Assembly: GCA_951804945.1 (NCBI GenBank)
Contig: OX638149.1
Location: 87,730,001-87,794,000, forward strand
Direction: 5' to 3'
Source: Podarcis cretensis
Taxonomy: Eukaryota
DNA length: 64,000 nt
Below the pieces are notes generated by a model, which worked only from the letters and a program-made list of their open reading frames with translations, had not been told where the DNA came from and searched no databases. Below, piece by piece: positions 1 to 12,329 of the stretch (its first letter is position 1; each line of letters opens with the position of its first letter). The position numbers and the translations under genes are program-made.

Positions 1-1616
1 TTAAGCAAAACATCTTCCTTAGTATCCATGCATGCGTACAGAGAGAAGAAAAAGAGAGCAAGTCTGGTCTTTCAGCATATAATATTGAGTTGCATGACCA
101 AAGGATTTGAACTAGGCTTTTAGGTTGCATAAAGGCTCTCTTTCACTGCAAATCAATTGATTTTATTTCTTTTGGCAACCAGATAATGTGCATGCTTGTT
201 CTGGAAGTGTATGCATTTCAAAATAGAAACTTGATTAAAAAACAAACAACTAGAAAATGTTGTTACCATAAATCATGACTTAAAAATTGCCTGGCGTGAA
301 GTTAATCCCCCTAGACTAGTCTACACGCTTTGCCATACTACTCCTGAGCAGCACAGGGGGACAGTATGCTAGAATTGCTATTCCCACTCCCAAATGTTGA
401 GCATTTTCTTAGAGAAATCCAAACTCCTTCCCACCCACAACCATCTGGAAAGGATGAACGTATTGTATGCTCTCCAGAAAAACAAAGAACATGAAAGCAA
501 AGGACAAGCTGGTTCTATCTGTGACTTTATTGGCTCCCACCAGCTTTCCCACAATGCCCTGCCTTCACATCTTTCCTCCCACAACACTGGAGGTGATAAT
601 AGCAAAGGCACAGACTGCTGGATGATGCAGTGGCCCCTGCAGAGGGAGGGACTTTAATAATTGCTGCAGAGCATACAGCTGAAGCCCAAGGCTGTAAAAA
701 ACAAACTTTTTTTTATACATCTGGTAGAAGACAGTGCCTGATCAAAGCATGCATCAGACAGAATAAAGACATCCATGTGGTCACTGAGGTATGGGTGCAG
801 CTTGGGGCCAGCCAGCTTTGCCAACATGCAGTCTAAGAGAAGCTGGCCGTCTACTGGAAGCAGAGATCTCCCTTCCCTAGCATTACAGGGCAGCCGGTGG
901 ACGATCGGTCGGTCAAGGCTGATCTTTGGCAGACGTTCGGAGAAGGGTGCTGGCAGAAAGAGCCTTAGTCAGGAAACACAGAGAAGGGGAGAATCCTGAC
1001 ACGCCTTCTCAGCAGGGAAAGGGATTACATGGAACAGGCCCCAGAGATCTCGTCCTTTGCTCGCTGTGACTATCACGAATCCCACCTCTTCCTGGAGGAC
1101 TTGGGCGTTGCATTGTGCTTCCCATGATTTGAATGTCCCTGCTGTTGCTTCTGACGCAGCAGCAGCGCCAGTATTTGACAGAGAAACTGTGCAAGAGCAG
1201 CTTTAGAAAGACATCTCCCCACCCACAGCTTCCCCTAAACAGATAGGTAGCAAGAGGAAGCCCAGCAGCACCAAGAATAAGGTGGGGAGAAAGCTCTCTA
1301 CAAAGCGTTTAGCACCACCTACTGTCCAGCTTTGGGACTGCCACAGTGGGGGCCTCTCTTTCAAACTCCCCACAGCTGTAGGACCTTCCCCCACACAGCT
1401 GACAGTTTGAGGTTTAGCCCGACTGATGCCAATGCTGCCGGCCACCCCACTCCCCCTTTGCACTGCTGTGGCCTATGCCAGCCACGGCTCTGGTGGAAAG
1501 ACTGGGAACCCTACCCCAGGGCTACCACTTGCTCCATCCAGGGGGAGAAATACTGCCAGCTACCCCAGAAGGTGTCTGATGGTCACAGTGCAAGGTGACA
1601 ACAGCTGTGTATCAAT

Positions 1617-1642
1617 GAGAGAGAGAGAGAGAGAGAGAGAGA
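1617..1642. repeat. (GA)n microsatellite in the ZFAND2B 3' UTR
   Basis: Read directly from the sequence. Confidence 0.9.
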
Positions 1643-1788
1643 GGGGACTATGAGGACCAGGCAGGGAGTTCAGCCTTTGGTTCATTGTTAGTAGTCCTGA
1701 GGGAGCGGCAGAAGGAGGTAACCCAGGTGGGGACAGAAGAACCATGGTGACCAGGCACGATCCACGTGCTGATAGCGTCTCATTGTGC

Positions 1789-1827
1789 TCAGGACAGACA
1801 GCAGTTGGAGGGCTTTGTGCTTCGAGC
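1789..1827 (-). CDS. ZFAND2B: ZFAND2B last coding exon (ARSTKPSNCCLS*)
   Basis: TAG acceptor, KPSNC motif, CaaX, TGA stop. Confidence 0.92.
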   Translation of the reverse strand, partial: ARSTKPSNCCLS

Positions 1828-4800
1828 CTAGGAGGACACAAATATGCTGAGGGTAAGAACAGCCAGAGAGGGCAGCACATCCTTCCCTCCCTGCCCAACA
1901 AGACCGGACTGGCCATTTTCTACCAGAAGAATCTTATACCACCCCACATGCACAAAGCACACTATTTTACATTCTATGATTATATATAAAATGATGATGG
2001 TGGGCATTATTCTCTCTCCTGTTTTGTTTTAAGCTGTGAAATCACGTTGTCTAAAACAAATAAACCAAACTTGTATGGATATATTTATCAATGATATTAT
2101 TTCTAATATATATATTAAATGGTTATACTTAATTGTTCACTTGATATTTTGTGAACCGCTTTGGGCACCGTTTTGAGGGCAAGTGGCGTAAATGCAAGTG
2201 GATGCCGAAAATATATTGCAAGGAGAGAGGGAAAGGGCCATTGTTCTGTAATCCCAATTTGCAAACAGGACTGGTGGTCAAGGGTTAGATTTAAATCTAT
2301 GTGAAAAAATCTGCAGTGCACAAGTCTGCCTGACCCTTTGGGATACCTGCTTCTCCCCAAGCTGGGCAGTGTAGTTAGTTAACCTACTCCTCCCTGCAAC
2401 TAAAAGCATTTACCAAACCTAGGAGCATCCAGCCTCCAGAGTTCCATATACAATAAAAGCTGATAAGAAAAGATCCTAAAGGCAGCTGATCTGATTTGGG
2501 CTCTAGTTGGTTGGTTTGGCTTTGGACTTCCTTGATGAGATTGTCCTCTTTTACTCACAAGGAAGTAGATTGGCAGAGTCTATGTGCAGGAGGAGAATCA
2601 GAAACGACTTTGTGGGAATTGCCTCATCTTGCTCACCTGTTGTTGCTGCTGCTGCTGCCGCCGGTATTCCTCCTCGCTGGCCGACAGGGCCCGAGCCAGT
2701 GCAAGGTCTTCCTCTTCCTGGGCGCTGTTTGAGACACAGGACTGGATGAGTCAGACATGCTGCACAAATTAGAATCTGTACCCCCCAGCAATTTCCTGGC
2801 ACATTCCTCCCAAGATAGGGAGTGATTTATTTTAAGAAGAACTTGCATTCCATTTAAATAATAAAAACCTCCAAGCAGAGGTCAGTATGTTGGTGTGCAT
2901 ATAGTGATCTCACCACATTTAGATCTGTATTTAATGCTTTGAGGGCCTAAGCAGCACAGACGTCTATGCTCTGCCTCCACAGCTGCAGGCAGTAATGCTT
3001 CTCAATACCACTTACTGGAAACCACAGGAGGAGAGTGGGGTCAAGCTCGGGTCCTGCTTGCTGGTTTCCCACAGGCATCTGCTGGACTAGATGGGCCATT
3101 GGCCTGATCCAGCAGGCTCTCCTTACACTCAGAGGACTGGAATTGATGTCAACAGTCCTCTGGGCACATGAATGTTAACACAGCCTCCCCCCCTCCAACT
3201 CCATTCTCCGCCAGAGAGTCTCCCATATATGCAGATTCCAAGCAGGCAGCCTGGCACAGTGGCGCCAGTAAGATCTTGAAGCCAGCTGATCTCTGCAGGG
3301 CTGGCGCAACCATGCTGTACCTGTGGGGTTGTGGTTGGGTGGGCACTGCCTCTGCTAGGGACATCTCCAAGGCTCGCTGCAGCGCTTCCTCCTCACTCTG
3401 AAACACAAAAGCAGATTCAGCCTGCTGTGGAGGAGGCTAACAGCCTCAGCAACTTGCAGCTTATAGGTACAGGGCAAAGCATATGCCAAGACCAAACTAA
3501 GCTTCCTGATGTATATTGTACCCTACGAGGTATAGTTTGGTCAGAATTCAGTATACACTTCCAAGTGAACACTAAAAACATTACTTCTGGTAAATGAGCC
3601 ACCGCAGCTCCTAGAGGGCCATGAACATTTGTGCCCCAGACTTTTTAGACTCATCTACCCATCTACTATCAAACCAAAGGGACGCATTGGTTGCAAGGTG
3701 TGAATTTTCTTTCAGCTCTTCTACCCCACTGTGGAGGTTTTCACTAGAGGGAGTTTGGGTGGGGGGAAAGGAATTTTTACCAGCTTTCCCCTTTCCCCTG
3801 CAGTCACCAGTACTGTCTTTCCAACCCTCTGGAGCAGACTTTCTCGAGGCCTAGGGGAAAAGAAGAACTGCAGAAAATCACCTCCCCCACTTCTGGCCTT
3901 GGGTGCATCCAGTTAGCAGAGTGCCACAGGGGACAAATCTGGACCCAGCCCACCCTGTCCCACCGCAGCGACCACTCACAGATGCAGATTAAACAAAGGA
4001 CATGAAGCGATATGTCCACTTGTAAGCTGAGACAAGGCTTACAAGGGAAGGCACCCACAAGATAATACATTATTTCTCTCTCTGTTTCCTGACTTCTGGG
4101 GTTTCATTTGTAATTCGGCTTAAGATTTTTGTTCTCACTTTTGAAGCTCTTACTTATTTGCCTCTCCTCCTGATCTGTCTTTGGTTCCCTACTGCATTCC
4201 ATTCTGAATACTTATACACGACTCTTCTCCTTGTTACACCCAGGATTTCTTGTCCCAACTACCACCATCCTTTTTCTCAGGCTTCTTTTTAACACTAGAA
4301 CGTTTTTTCCTGCAAATATTCATGGTTTGTTGTTTCTTTACAAATAATAATTTCTTAAAATGCATTTCACCTGTTTCTGCCTGTCAGCTCCAACCCACCC
4401 TGCATTTGGGTCCTTTTAAACCTATTTGATTTCTAATATTTCTAGGTTTATATTCAGGGAAAAAACCAATCTGTGTAGCTGACAATGCTGTATATATATA
4501 TATATCAGAAGTAAGCACCATCAATTTCAATGAGGATTTAGGATTGCAGTCTTAAAACTGTTTTCAGATTACTGTCTTAAACCAGGAAACACACAACTTT
4601 GTATTTCTGTCTTATTCCCATTTTTTCCTGCTTAAGACTGCAAGCAGTTTTGCAAGCCATTTGTTTTCTCTCATGTAAATAACCCAGTATATTCTGGAAT
4701 GAGATCCTAACAACATATATCAGCTTTGCAGCCATTTACCTGGAGAGTGGCATATGTGCAATGGAAAAGGCAACAGCCTGTGTTTATTGGTGTAAATGCC

Positions 4801-7800
4801 CAGTTTGTTGGCCAGGACTTACCAATCCATTCTGCAGGGCAACCACCGGAGGAGATATGCTTTGTGGCAGAGGAGGTGCTCTTGCCATCTCACTGGCCCT
4901 GTGTGCAAAAAAAGATGTCAACTGTCACTACTTGTGAGGCATGTAAGATGGAGAGGGAAAATCCCCAGGGATAATCCACCAGGGTGCCTTGGAACGTAAC
5001 CCCTGCGTCCATTGGGAGTTGCCTGTGCAATGCTTCCTGAAGCTGTACGGTAGGCTTAGCTGCTATAAGAAGAAAGGTTAGGGGACAAAGCAGACTCGGG
5101 CAGTTAATGTACCTGCTGGAGGTTGGCAGAGCTGCAGCAGCTCTCGTGGCTCGGTTGCTGGGTGTAGTGCTTGTAGGTGTTTTGGCAGGTTTTTGAGCTC
5201 TGGCAATCGCGGCACTCCTGAAACGGGAAACGCAACTCTTGGTAAAAGGAGCACTTCTCTCGCCATTGCAGCAAGCCCTCCCCCCTTCCCCTGAGACTAG
5301 CAAGAATCCACTCCAGCACTATCCTTTCACGCTCAATGTGAACTGTTGACCATCAACATCTGGAGGGCCACAGGTCCCCAACTCGTGTGCTGGAACAACC
5401 AAGGATGGGGAGGAAACCACTGTCTCCTGAAGAATGCGCACCAGCATTACTGCATGGCTGCAGGCCTATGTCTGGCATATGCCAAGCGTTTTGCCCAGCC
5501 CTGCCCTCTGTCCCGCCTTTACCCTGCCTTGGAGAGGGAATGCCCAGGGCCAGCGCAATCATGATCCAGTGGGTGCCGGTGCTTGAGACAGAAGTTGCCG
5601 TGACACTGGTCACACAGAACCTTCATCATCTCTCGTTGCTTGCAGCCAGGCCTCTGACACTTGTTGGTAAAGATCTAGGCAGATGGACACAGTTGTGATT
5701 CAAGACAGTTGGGGGGGGGGAAAGGCACCCAGGACACAGCTGCTTTCTAAATGCATACAAAAGACCTTTGCTCGTTGCAAAATGACCTCTTTGGGGCGCA
5801 AGTCTGGGCAGTGCGCATGGAGGTTCTGGACTGCCCAAATGACAAGGAAATGCTGAACTGCAAGCCTCTAACCAATGAGAAATTACATCCGAATTACGGT
5901 AATCCCCAAGAATGGGCCTCCAGATGCTGCTGGACTACAACTCCCATCATTCCTGACCATGGCCATGTTGGCTGGGGTTGATGGGAGTTGCAGTCCAACA
6001 ATATTTGGAGGACCACACATTTTCCCCCACCCCTGCTCTTCTAATTTGGCTAGCCCCAATTTGGCTCGTAGCCAGTCTGAACTCTGCAGCCAGACTAAAC
6101 TCACTAGTGCTACTCAATTTGGATGTACAGCTCGTTCGTTATCCCAGCCCTTCAGATACCCTCCAGAGAAAGACCCACAGAAATCCCAAGCTGTGGTTGC
6201 TCACAGTTCTGCCATTGAAAGGACCCCTAACCATCTGGACCATACTGCATAGGAACATAGCAAGCTGTGTTATATCAAGATGATTGGTCCATCTAGCTGA
6301 TTGACTGGCAAAGACTCTGCAGGGTTTGGGACAGGGGTCTCTCCCAGCCTGACCTGGAAATTACAGGTACTTTTTTGTAAGAAAACACACATTCTGTCAC
6401 TGAATAATGGCCCCAAACCTGCTTGTGGAACCCAGAGTATGCTGACTTCAGGCACATCAGGCACATCAGATTTTGTGTGTGTATATGTTTTAATATTATT
6501 TTATAAGGAAATAATTTTATATTTCTATATGCATAGAATATTTCTATAGGCATAGAAAAACACAAAATTAAGGTTGCATCCAACTGTTGTATGTCTACCT
6601 ATCTGATTCTGATGGACTTAAAGCAACGTGTCCCACAAGAGGCAGCAGAGAGGATGGATGAAGCCTCTTACCTTGCGCTTGCGCTGAGCTGGGTCTGATT
6701 TGCAGTCCTGGTCAATGTGTGCTCCCACCACAATGTCAGGCATCTCTCCCCGCTTGACAGGGATCGGGATGCTGCAGAGTGGGCACACGGGGACCTGCAC
6801 ATCCTGGGGACAGAACAGATAGAGAGCAGGTTACACAATGGCCCCTGGCCCACTCAATATGAGAGCATACTGGATGCTGCAGGGTCTCCTCATCTCCTAA
6901 GGTGTGCTCCTGTTCATGGTTCCAGAGGGCCGTGCCTTCCAAGGAGAGTATTCTGTTCTCCATCCGCCCCCACCCCCCAATCTCCATGTTTATTTTTTAA
7001 CTGACATTCAAACTTCTGTATCTACTGAGCAGGTGCAGTTTTCACTGGCTGTTTGGGGAGATTCTTTTGGCCACTGGGATACTGTATAGATAGATAGATG
7101 ATAGATAGATGGATGATAGATATATAGATACATGTAAGGTAAAAGTAAAGGATCCATTGACGGTTAAGTTCAATCAAATGTGACTATGGGGTGCAGCACC
7201 CATCTCACTTCAGGCTGAGGGAGCCTGTGTTTGTCCACAGACAGCTTTCCAGATCACGGGGCCAGCATGACTAAACTGCTTCTGGTGCAACGGGACACCA
7301 TGACAGAAGCCAGAGCACATGGAAATGCTGTTTACCTTCCTGCTGCAGCAGTACCTATTTATCTACTTGTACTGGCATGCTTTTGAACTGCTAGGTTGGG
7401 AGAGGCTGGGACAGAGCAATGGGAACTCACCCCGTCGTGGGGATTTGAACCGCCGACCTTCTGATTGGCAAGCCCAAGAGGCTCAGTGGTTTAGACCACA
7501 GTGCCACCCGCATCACACACACAAACACACTTCTGAAATCTTCAGAGTTCCCCAAATAATTTATTTTGTCCATCAGTGGCCCTGTTTTAGTTCAATTTCT
7601 GTTGTCACTCACCAACTAAGTTCACTATTAAAGAGAGTGAACACCATCCCATTAAAATGTAACATCCCATTACAGGCTCTGGTTGGCATTGACCCATGAC
7701 AGGGCCTGCTCAGTGGTGGATCTCCACTTGTGGAATGCCCTCCCTGCTGAGGTGTATTTGTTTCTATCATTACTAACCTTCAGAAGGAATTTTTAAATTG

Positions 7801-10800
7801 TCCTGTTTACTCAGTTACCTGATCCTGGAAGCTACTATTCCTGGCAACCCTGAAATCATTGGCTGGGAGAATGTTGATTGTTTCTAAACAGCTTTCATAA
7901 TGTTTCTAATTATAATTGTTTAATGATGTGTTTGCTGCACAGGGAGCCTTTGAACGAATAACTGAAGTAACAACAACAACAAACCAACAGTCCCAATAAA
8001 AAGCACTTCCAGAAAATGCTCAGATTTTGAAAAGAAACAGCTTCCTCCACAGCAGGACAAATTCCACCCTTTGGCGTAGATAAGGTCAATGTGTTTCATG
8101 AACGTGGAGAGGGCATCTATACCTGATTACCTGATGCGTCAGAGTGCCGTGAGCAACCATACTGTCCCCTCCAAGTTTCACTTACCTTCTTGTAAGCCGA
8201 AGTGCAGTTGTGATGGGCGTAGGCAACATGGTCAGTGCAAAACAGCTGTTCACAAGCATCACATTTCAGGGGGAGGAAATCTGAGGGGCAGGAAAGGACA
8301 ATACAATAAAGAGTTGCAGCTGTCTTCTCTGCAGCCCTACACAGGACTTGCTAGGTATCCTTTATTTTAAGGGTACGTGCCAAGAACACACTGGATATGC
8401 AACCTCCCAAGAGCATACTGGAAAGGTAAGAAAAGATCTGAGCACAATGCCGATGCCATAGTAACTGATGACTAACACAGACTCAAATATGTATGCAACT
8501 AGGAAAATAAGATGCAGGCTACCCCCTTCTGCAGCCCCTGACTGCTGGGCTCAAGTAACAAGCTAATATCCAATTCTCCCCAGGTCTCTTTAAATAAAGA
8601 GAACTAGGAAAAAGCTTCTACAAATAGGACAGGAAGAAAGTGCATTTATTTTTGTCTTATCGAGAAACAGAGCCAGAGCCAGATTGCATGGCAGGTGGCT
8701 GAGTTGGTAGAGAAAAGCCTGGTGTGCAATAAAAGACTGTGGACAACTAAGCAAAATGTTCTCAAACATTCACACATACACACACCAAGTTCTACACAGT
8801 AGGATGGCTTCTACTTCAACAAACACTGGGGTGTGTGAACCCCATTATCTAATCTTCCTTGGCACAAACAGTGGGACCGGTTTCAAAGCCCATCTGCATA
8901 AGAGGGCAGTTTACATTTCATCCTAGGTAGCACCCCCAGAAGGATCCCAATCCCTGACCGTAGGCAGTTTCTTGCATTGGCATGATGGGGTACAATCCTT
9001 TCTGTCTGAGGCATGCAAACACAACTAGTATTTTCTAGCTAAAAAGCACCAGTGTTAATGTTATTATCTGGGATTCCCTGAAGCTAGACAGATTGGTCTT
9101 CTTGTATGGGAGAGAGTGGCTGGGTAAGGTAAAAGTGAGGAAACCTGTGACTCTCCAGATGTTGTTTGTCTCCAACCTCCATCCCATCCCCAGTCAGTGT
9201 GGCCAATGGTTAGGGGTGGTATAAGTAGCGACATATGAGGGAACATAAATTTTCCATTCTTGGCATAAGGGATGTGTTCATAGGAGACAGGTAGCAAAGG
9301 AAGCTGCCTTTATACTGAGTCAACCTAGCTCACTGAAGGGCAGCGACTCTCCCAAGAGTTCAGATAGAAGTAATCTTTCGCAGCCATATCAGAAGATGCC
9401 AGGAATCAAACCTGGAACTTTCTGGATATTTATTTAAAAATTTATATACCGCTTAATCATTAGCATTACTAATAAACCATACAAGAAACAAAACAATAAA
9501 AATGGATAATAAAACTTAACATAAACCCAAACACTACCTTAAAGTATCTGCTGGGATGAGAAAGTTGCAAACACATGTTTGTAACAGGAGCAGGAAACCA
9601 GATTTTAAGAAATTGTATTGAAGTAATTTGGTTTGATTTGTAATAATTTGGAAAAATAAAAAATAATTTAAAAAAGCAAGTTTGTCATATGCCTGAAGTT
9701 CAGCAAGAAGAGTGTCTATCAAATCTCAGTTGGGAGGGAGTTCCATAAGCTTGGATTCACTATAAGGAATGCACAGCTTCTAGTAGTTACGAGACATGCA
9801 TCTGAACCACGGAAGACAACCAACAGAGACTCCCTGAAAGATTTCAGTGATCAGACAGGGATGTAGGGGACCAGCTAATCCTAGACCCAAGTAGCTAAGG
9901 GTCTTGCAAATTAATACAAGAACTGTGCACCTGACCCAGTAACATGTAACAAGCTAGTACACATTTTTAAGCACCAGGGTTATGTTCCTGCCTCCATCAA
10001 TAGCCCACCCATAGCAGTCTGCAGCAGCTGCAGCTTCTAAACCAAGCACAAGGGTAGCCCCACAGGTAGTAATCAAGAATTGAGGTTATCAGTGCATGAA
10101 TTACCACAGCCAGGCTATCCCTATCCAAGAATGGCTATTGTTGATGCACCTGCCATAGCTGGTAAAATGTACTCCTAGCCACTGAGGCAATCTGAAACTC
10201 AAGTGACAAAGATGGATTGGATCCAGGAGCAGCCACAAACCTGTTGTTTCAGAGGGAGAGTAACTGGCAAATGATTCATCTCTCAGACACAGGAACCATC
10301 TATCCACAGTACCTCCATCTTCCCAGGGTTTAAGCTCAGTTTATTTGCCTTCATCCATTCCACAACTGCATCCAGACAATGTTCCAGACCAAACACAGCC
10401 TCTTGTGACTCAGATGTTACGGAGAAACAGAACTGCTCCAAACAGCAGCAGAACCATGCCCTGTGGCACAGCATAACAAAAGGACCATGGGACAAAGATG
10501 CAATCTTTCAGTGCTATTCACTGGACATAGCCCTGTATGCAGGAATGGAGCCAATGTAAAAAGTGCCTCCAACACTCATCCCACCATGCTGTTCCAGGAG
10601 GACACTGATCAATGGCTTCAAAAGCCACAGACTGGGAAGCAGAAGCACAGGCGCATTCCACTTGTCCTGCTCTTAATACGGATCATCTATCCAAGTAACC
10701 AAGGCTTATTCAGTCCCAAAACTGTGCCTGATTCCAACCTGAGATGGATCCTGATCGTCTGCATCCTCTAGGAACTCCAGTTCTGTTCTGCCATCACTCT

Positions 10801-11980
10801 CTCTGCCACCTTGATCAATAATAAAGCAGATGCTCTACCACTGAGCTATGGCCTTTCCCTTAAAGGTAGAGCTAATGAAAACAAAAACAAAGACTGTGCA
10901 GTGTGCTATGATCATTAGCACTTGCTCAATTTCTTCTGGGAATGAAATTTATGCCATTACTTTAAGCACTGAAGCAACTTGGGACACTAAGATCATTTAT
11001 AATTTGGAAAATACCATGGGTGCGTCTCCATAGAGATGCACCTACTCACCTGTTAGCTTTTTACCAACACTAACACACCACCTAAATGGAGGCAAGCCCT
11101 TTTAACATGTTGTGCTCCACATGTAAAAGAATATGCTGGAGCCATCACGACATGCTATCCAAGCTGCAACATACTACCAGCATAACTTGTGCATGATGAC
11201 AGAAACTATTTCAGAAATTTTCTAGCTAGTTCCTAGAAGTTATCAGTACTTACCAAAACAAGATATGAATTGTTGAGAAAACAGAAGCCCTTGAAAAAAT
11301 CAGCACAAATCTGCCTGCTAACACTTTCATGAACTACAGCTCCACAACATGCTCAAGGTTCATTTCAGTGGAAAATTTTTGGATAGTGTGCTTAGCTTCA
11401 AAACACATCCCTTGGCTGAAGGGCAAATCTGACTCAAAAACAAGAATTTTGATATTCAGCCCCAGAACACACACTCGTAAACAGACGCAGAAAATCCAGG
11501 CTCCCACACTCAGTAGTACAACCTGTTATGAAACACCACGCTGCTCTTTGTATTGGGGGGTAGAATGGAAGAATTCTGATGACTGTATCTGTGTCACAGC
11601 TGCAAACAGAGTTTTGCTTGTCACCCTCTTTTAGTGGCTGTTGTTTACTGCCTACCTTGGCACAGTATTTCGTCCCTCCTCACCCCACCCTACCAGTTTT
11701 TACCTTTGTCCACTTAGCTCAGAACTGTTTGCACAAACTTCCAAAGACTCTCCATGATCTGACAGGAGCCTTTCCCAGCCCAGAGTCGAGGGACTGAACA
11801 TGAGAACTTCTGCCAAACTATAATCCTTCCCAATCCCAGTCCCTTGACCTCAGTTTAGTTCCCCAAGGAGATAGAAACCAGGAAGGGAGTCCATGTGAGG
11901 CATGCAGCTAAATACAGATTCTCACCAAGGCGCTTGCAAGACGGTTCTGAGCAGTGGGCACCTAAATCTGGAAACTCCAT
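1789..11980 (-). CDS. ZFAND2B: AN1-type zinc finger protein 2B (AIRAPL), complete spliced CDS of 9 exons, 819 nt / 272 aa
   Basis: Joined exons: 11926-11980, 8186-8280, 6672-6803, 5523-5674, 5113-5217, 4823-4898, 3321-3397, 2637-2724, 1789-1827. All GT-AG and phases match. Protein starts MEFPDLGAHCSEPSCKRLDFLPLKCDAC and has two AN1 fingers, two UIMs (SEEEALQRALEMSLAE, QEEEDLALARALSASEEE) and a C-terminal CaaX. UIMs plus CaaX distinguish 2B from 2A. Confidence 0.96.
2637..2724 (-). CDS. ZFAND2B: ZFAND2B coding exon 8 (UIM2 plus Q7)
   Basis: 88 nt, AQEEEDLALARALSASEEEYRRQQQQQQQ, GTGAG donor. Confidence 0.93.
3321..3397 (-). CDS. ZFAND2B: ZFAND2B coding exon 7 (UIM1, SEEEALQRALEMSLAE)
   Basis: 77 nt, UIM consensus. 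Confidence 0.93.
4823..4898 (-). CDS. ZFAND2B: ZFAND2B coding exon 6 (...PPVVALQNGL)
   Basis: 76 nt, conserved ALQNGL, GTAAG donor. Confidence 0.9.
5113..5217 (-). CDS. ZFAND2B: ZFAND2B coding exon 5 (SAAIARAQKPAK...)
   Basis: 105 nt, phase 2-2, AAIxRAQ motif. Confidence 0.88.
5523..5674 (-). CDS. ZFAND2B: ZFAND2B coding exon 4 (IFTNKCQRPGCKQREMMKVLCDQCHGNFCLKHRHPLDHDC...)
   Basis: Second AN1 finger, 152 nt, TAG acceptor and GTAAAG donor. Confidence 0.95.
5913..6035. mobile_element. Short palindromic hAT-derived MITE (representative copy)
   Basis: Self-complementary CCTCCAGATG..GGACTACAACTCCCATCA...TGATGGGAGTTGCAGTCC..TTTGGAGG. Related copies at about 9141, 35132, 51745, 53275, 57620, 60920 and 63466. 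Confidence 0.7.
6672..6803 (-). CDS. ZFAND2B: ZFAND2B coding exon 3 (DVQVPVCPLC...DPAQRKRK)
   Basis: 132 nt, CAG acceptor and GTAAG donor; overlaps ORF 6618-6800. Confidence 0.95.
7135..7514 (-). mobile_element. Sauria SINE, more diverged copy
   Basis: Colinear with the 34722-35100 copy along its whole length. Confidence 0.85.
8186..8280 (-). CDS. ZFAND2B: ZFAND2B coding exon 2 (DFLPLKCDACEQLFCTDHVAYAHHNCTSAYKK)
   Basis: CAG acceptor, GTAAG donor, 95 nt, AN1 finger residues. Confidence 0.95.
9430..10450 (-). mobile_element. Degraded L2-clade LINE fragment
   Basis: Minus ORF 10283-10495 contains LEHCLDAVVEWMKANKLSLNPGKMEVLWI, a typical L2/CR1-clade post-RT motif; boundaries approximate. Confidence 0.6.
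11926..11980 (-). CDS. ZFAND2B: ZFAND2B coding exon 1 (MEFPDLGAHCSEPSCKRL)
   Basis: GCCATGG Kozak start, G|GTGAG donor, 55 nt. Confidence 0.95.
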
Positions 11981-12329
11981 GGCGCTGCAACGGGGCTGGA
12001 GTCAGCGAGGGATGAGGGGCAATAATCCTACCTGCTGGGGGAAAAACAGGATTAGAAACTGCGGGATCAGAGCACAGGAGGGAGTTTTCACCAAAGGAGG
12101 GAGGAGATGCCGCAGCACCCACGGGGGCAGAGTGAGAAGAAAGAGGAGGAGGAGCTGCAGCACCCATGGGTGCTTCAGCAGCTAACGAAGGGGGGGGCAT
12201 AACACCCAAACGGTGTGGAAAGAGAAGGGAGAACAGCATTGTCGAATAAAGATAAGCCACATAGCAGGAAGGAGGAAAAATAACCCATGAAGAAAACAGG
12301 AGAAAGCCGGGAGGGGGACAGATCAGTAC

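Noticed and set aside
11985-12031. Apparent donor-acceptor pair just upstream of the ZFAND2B ATG
   Set aside because: It would define a 47-nt intron, too short for typical vertebrate splicing
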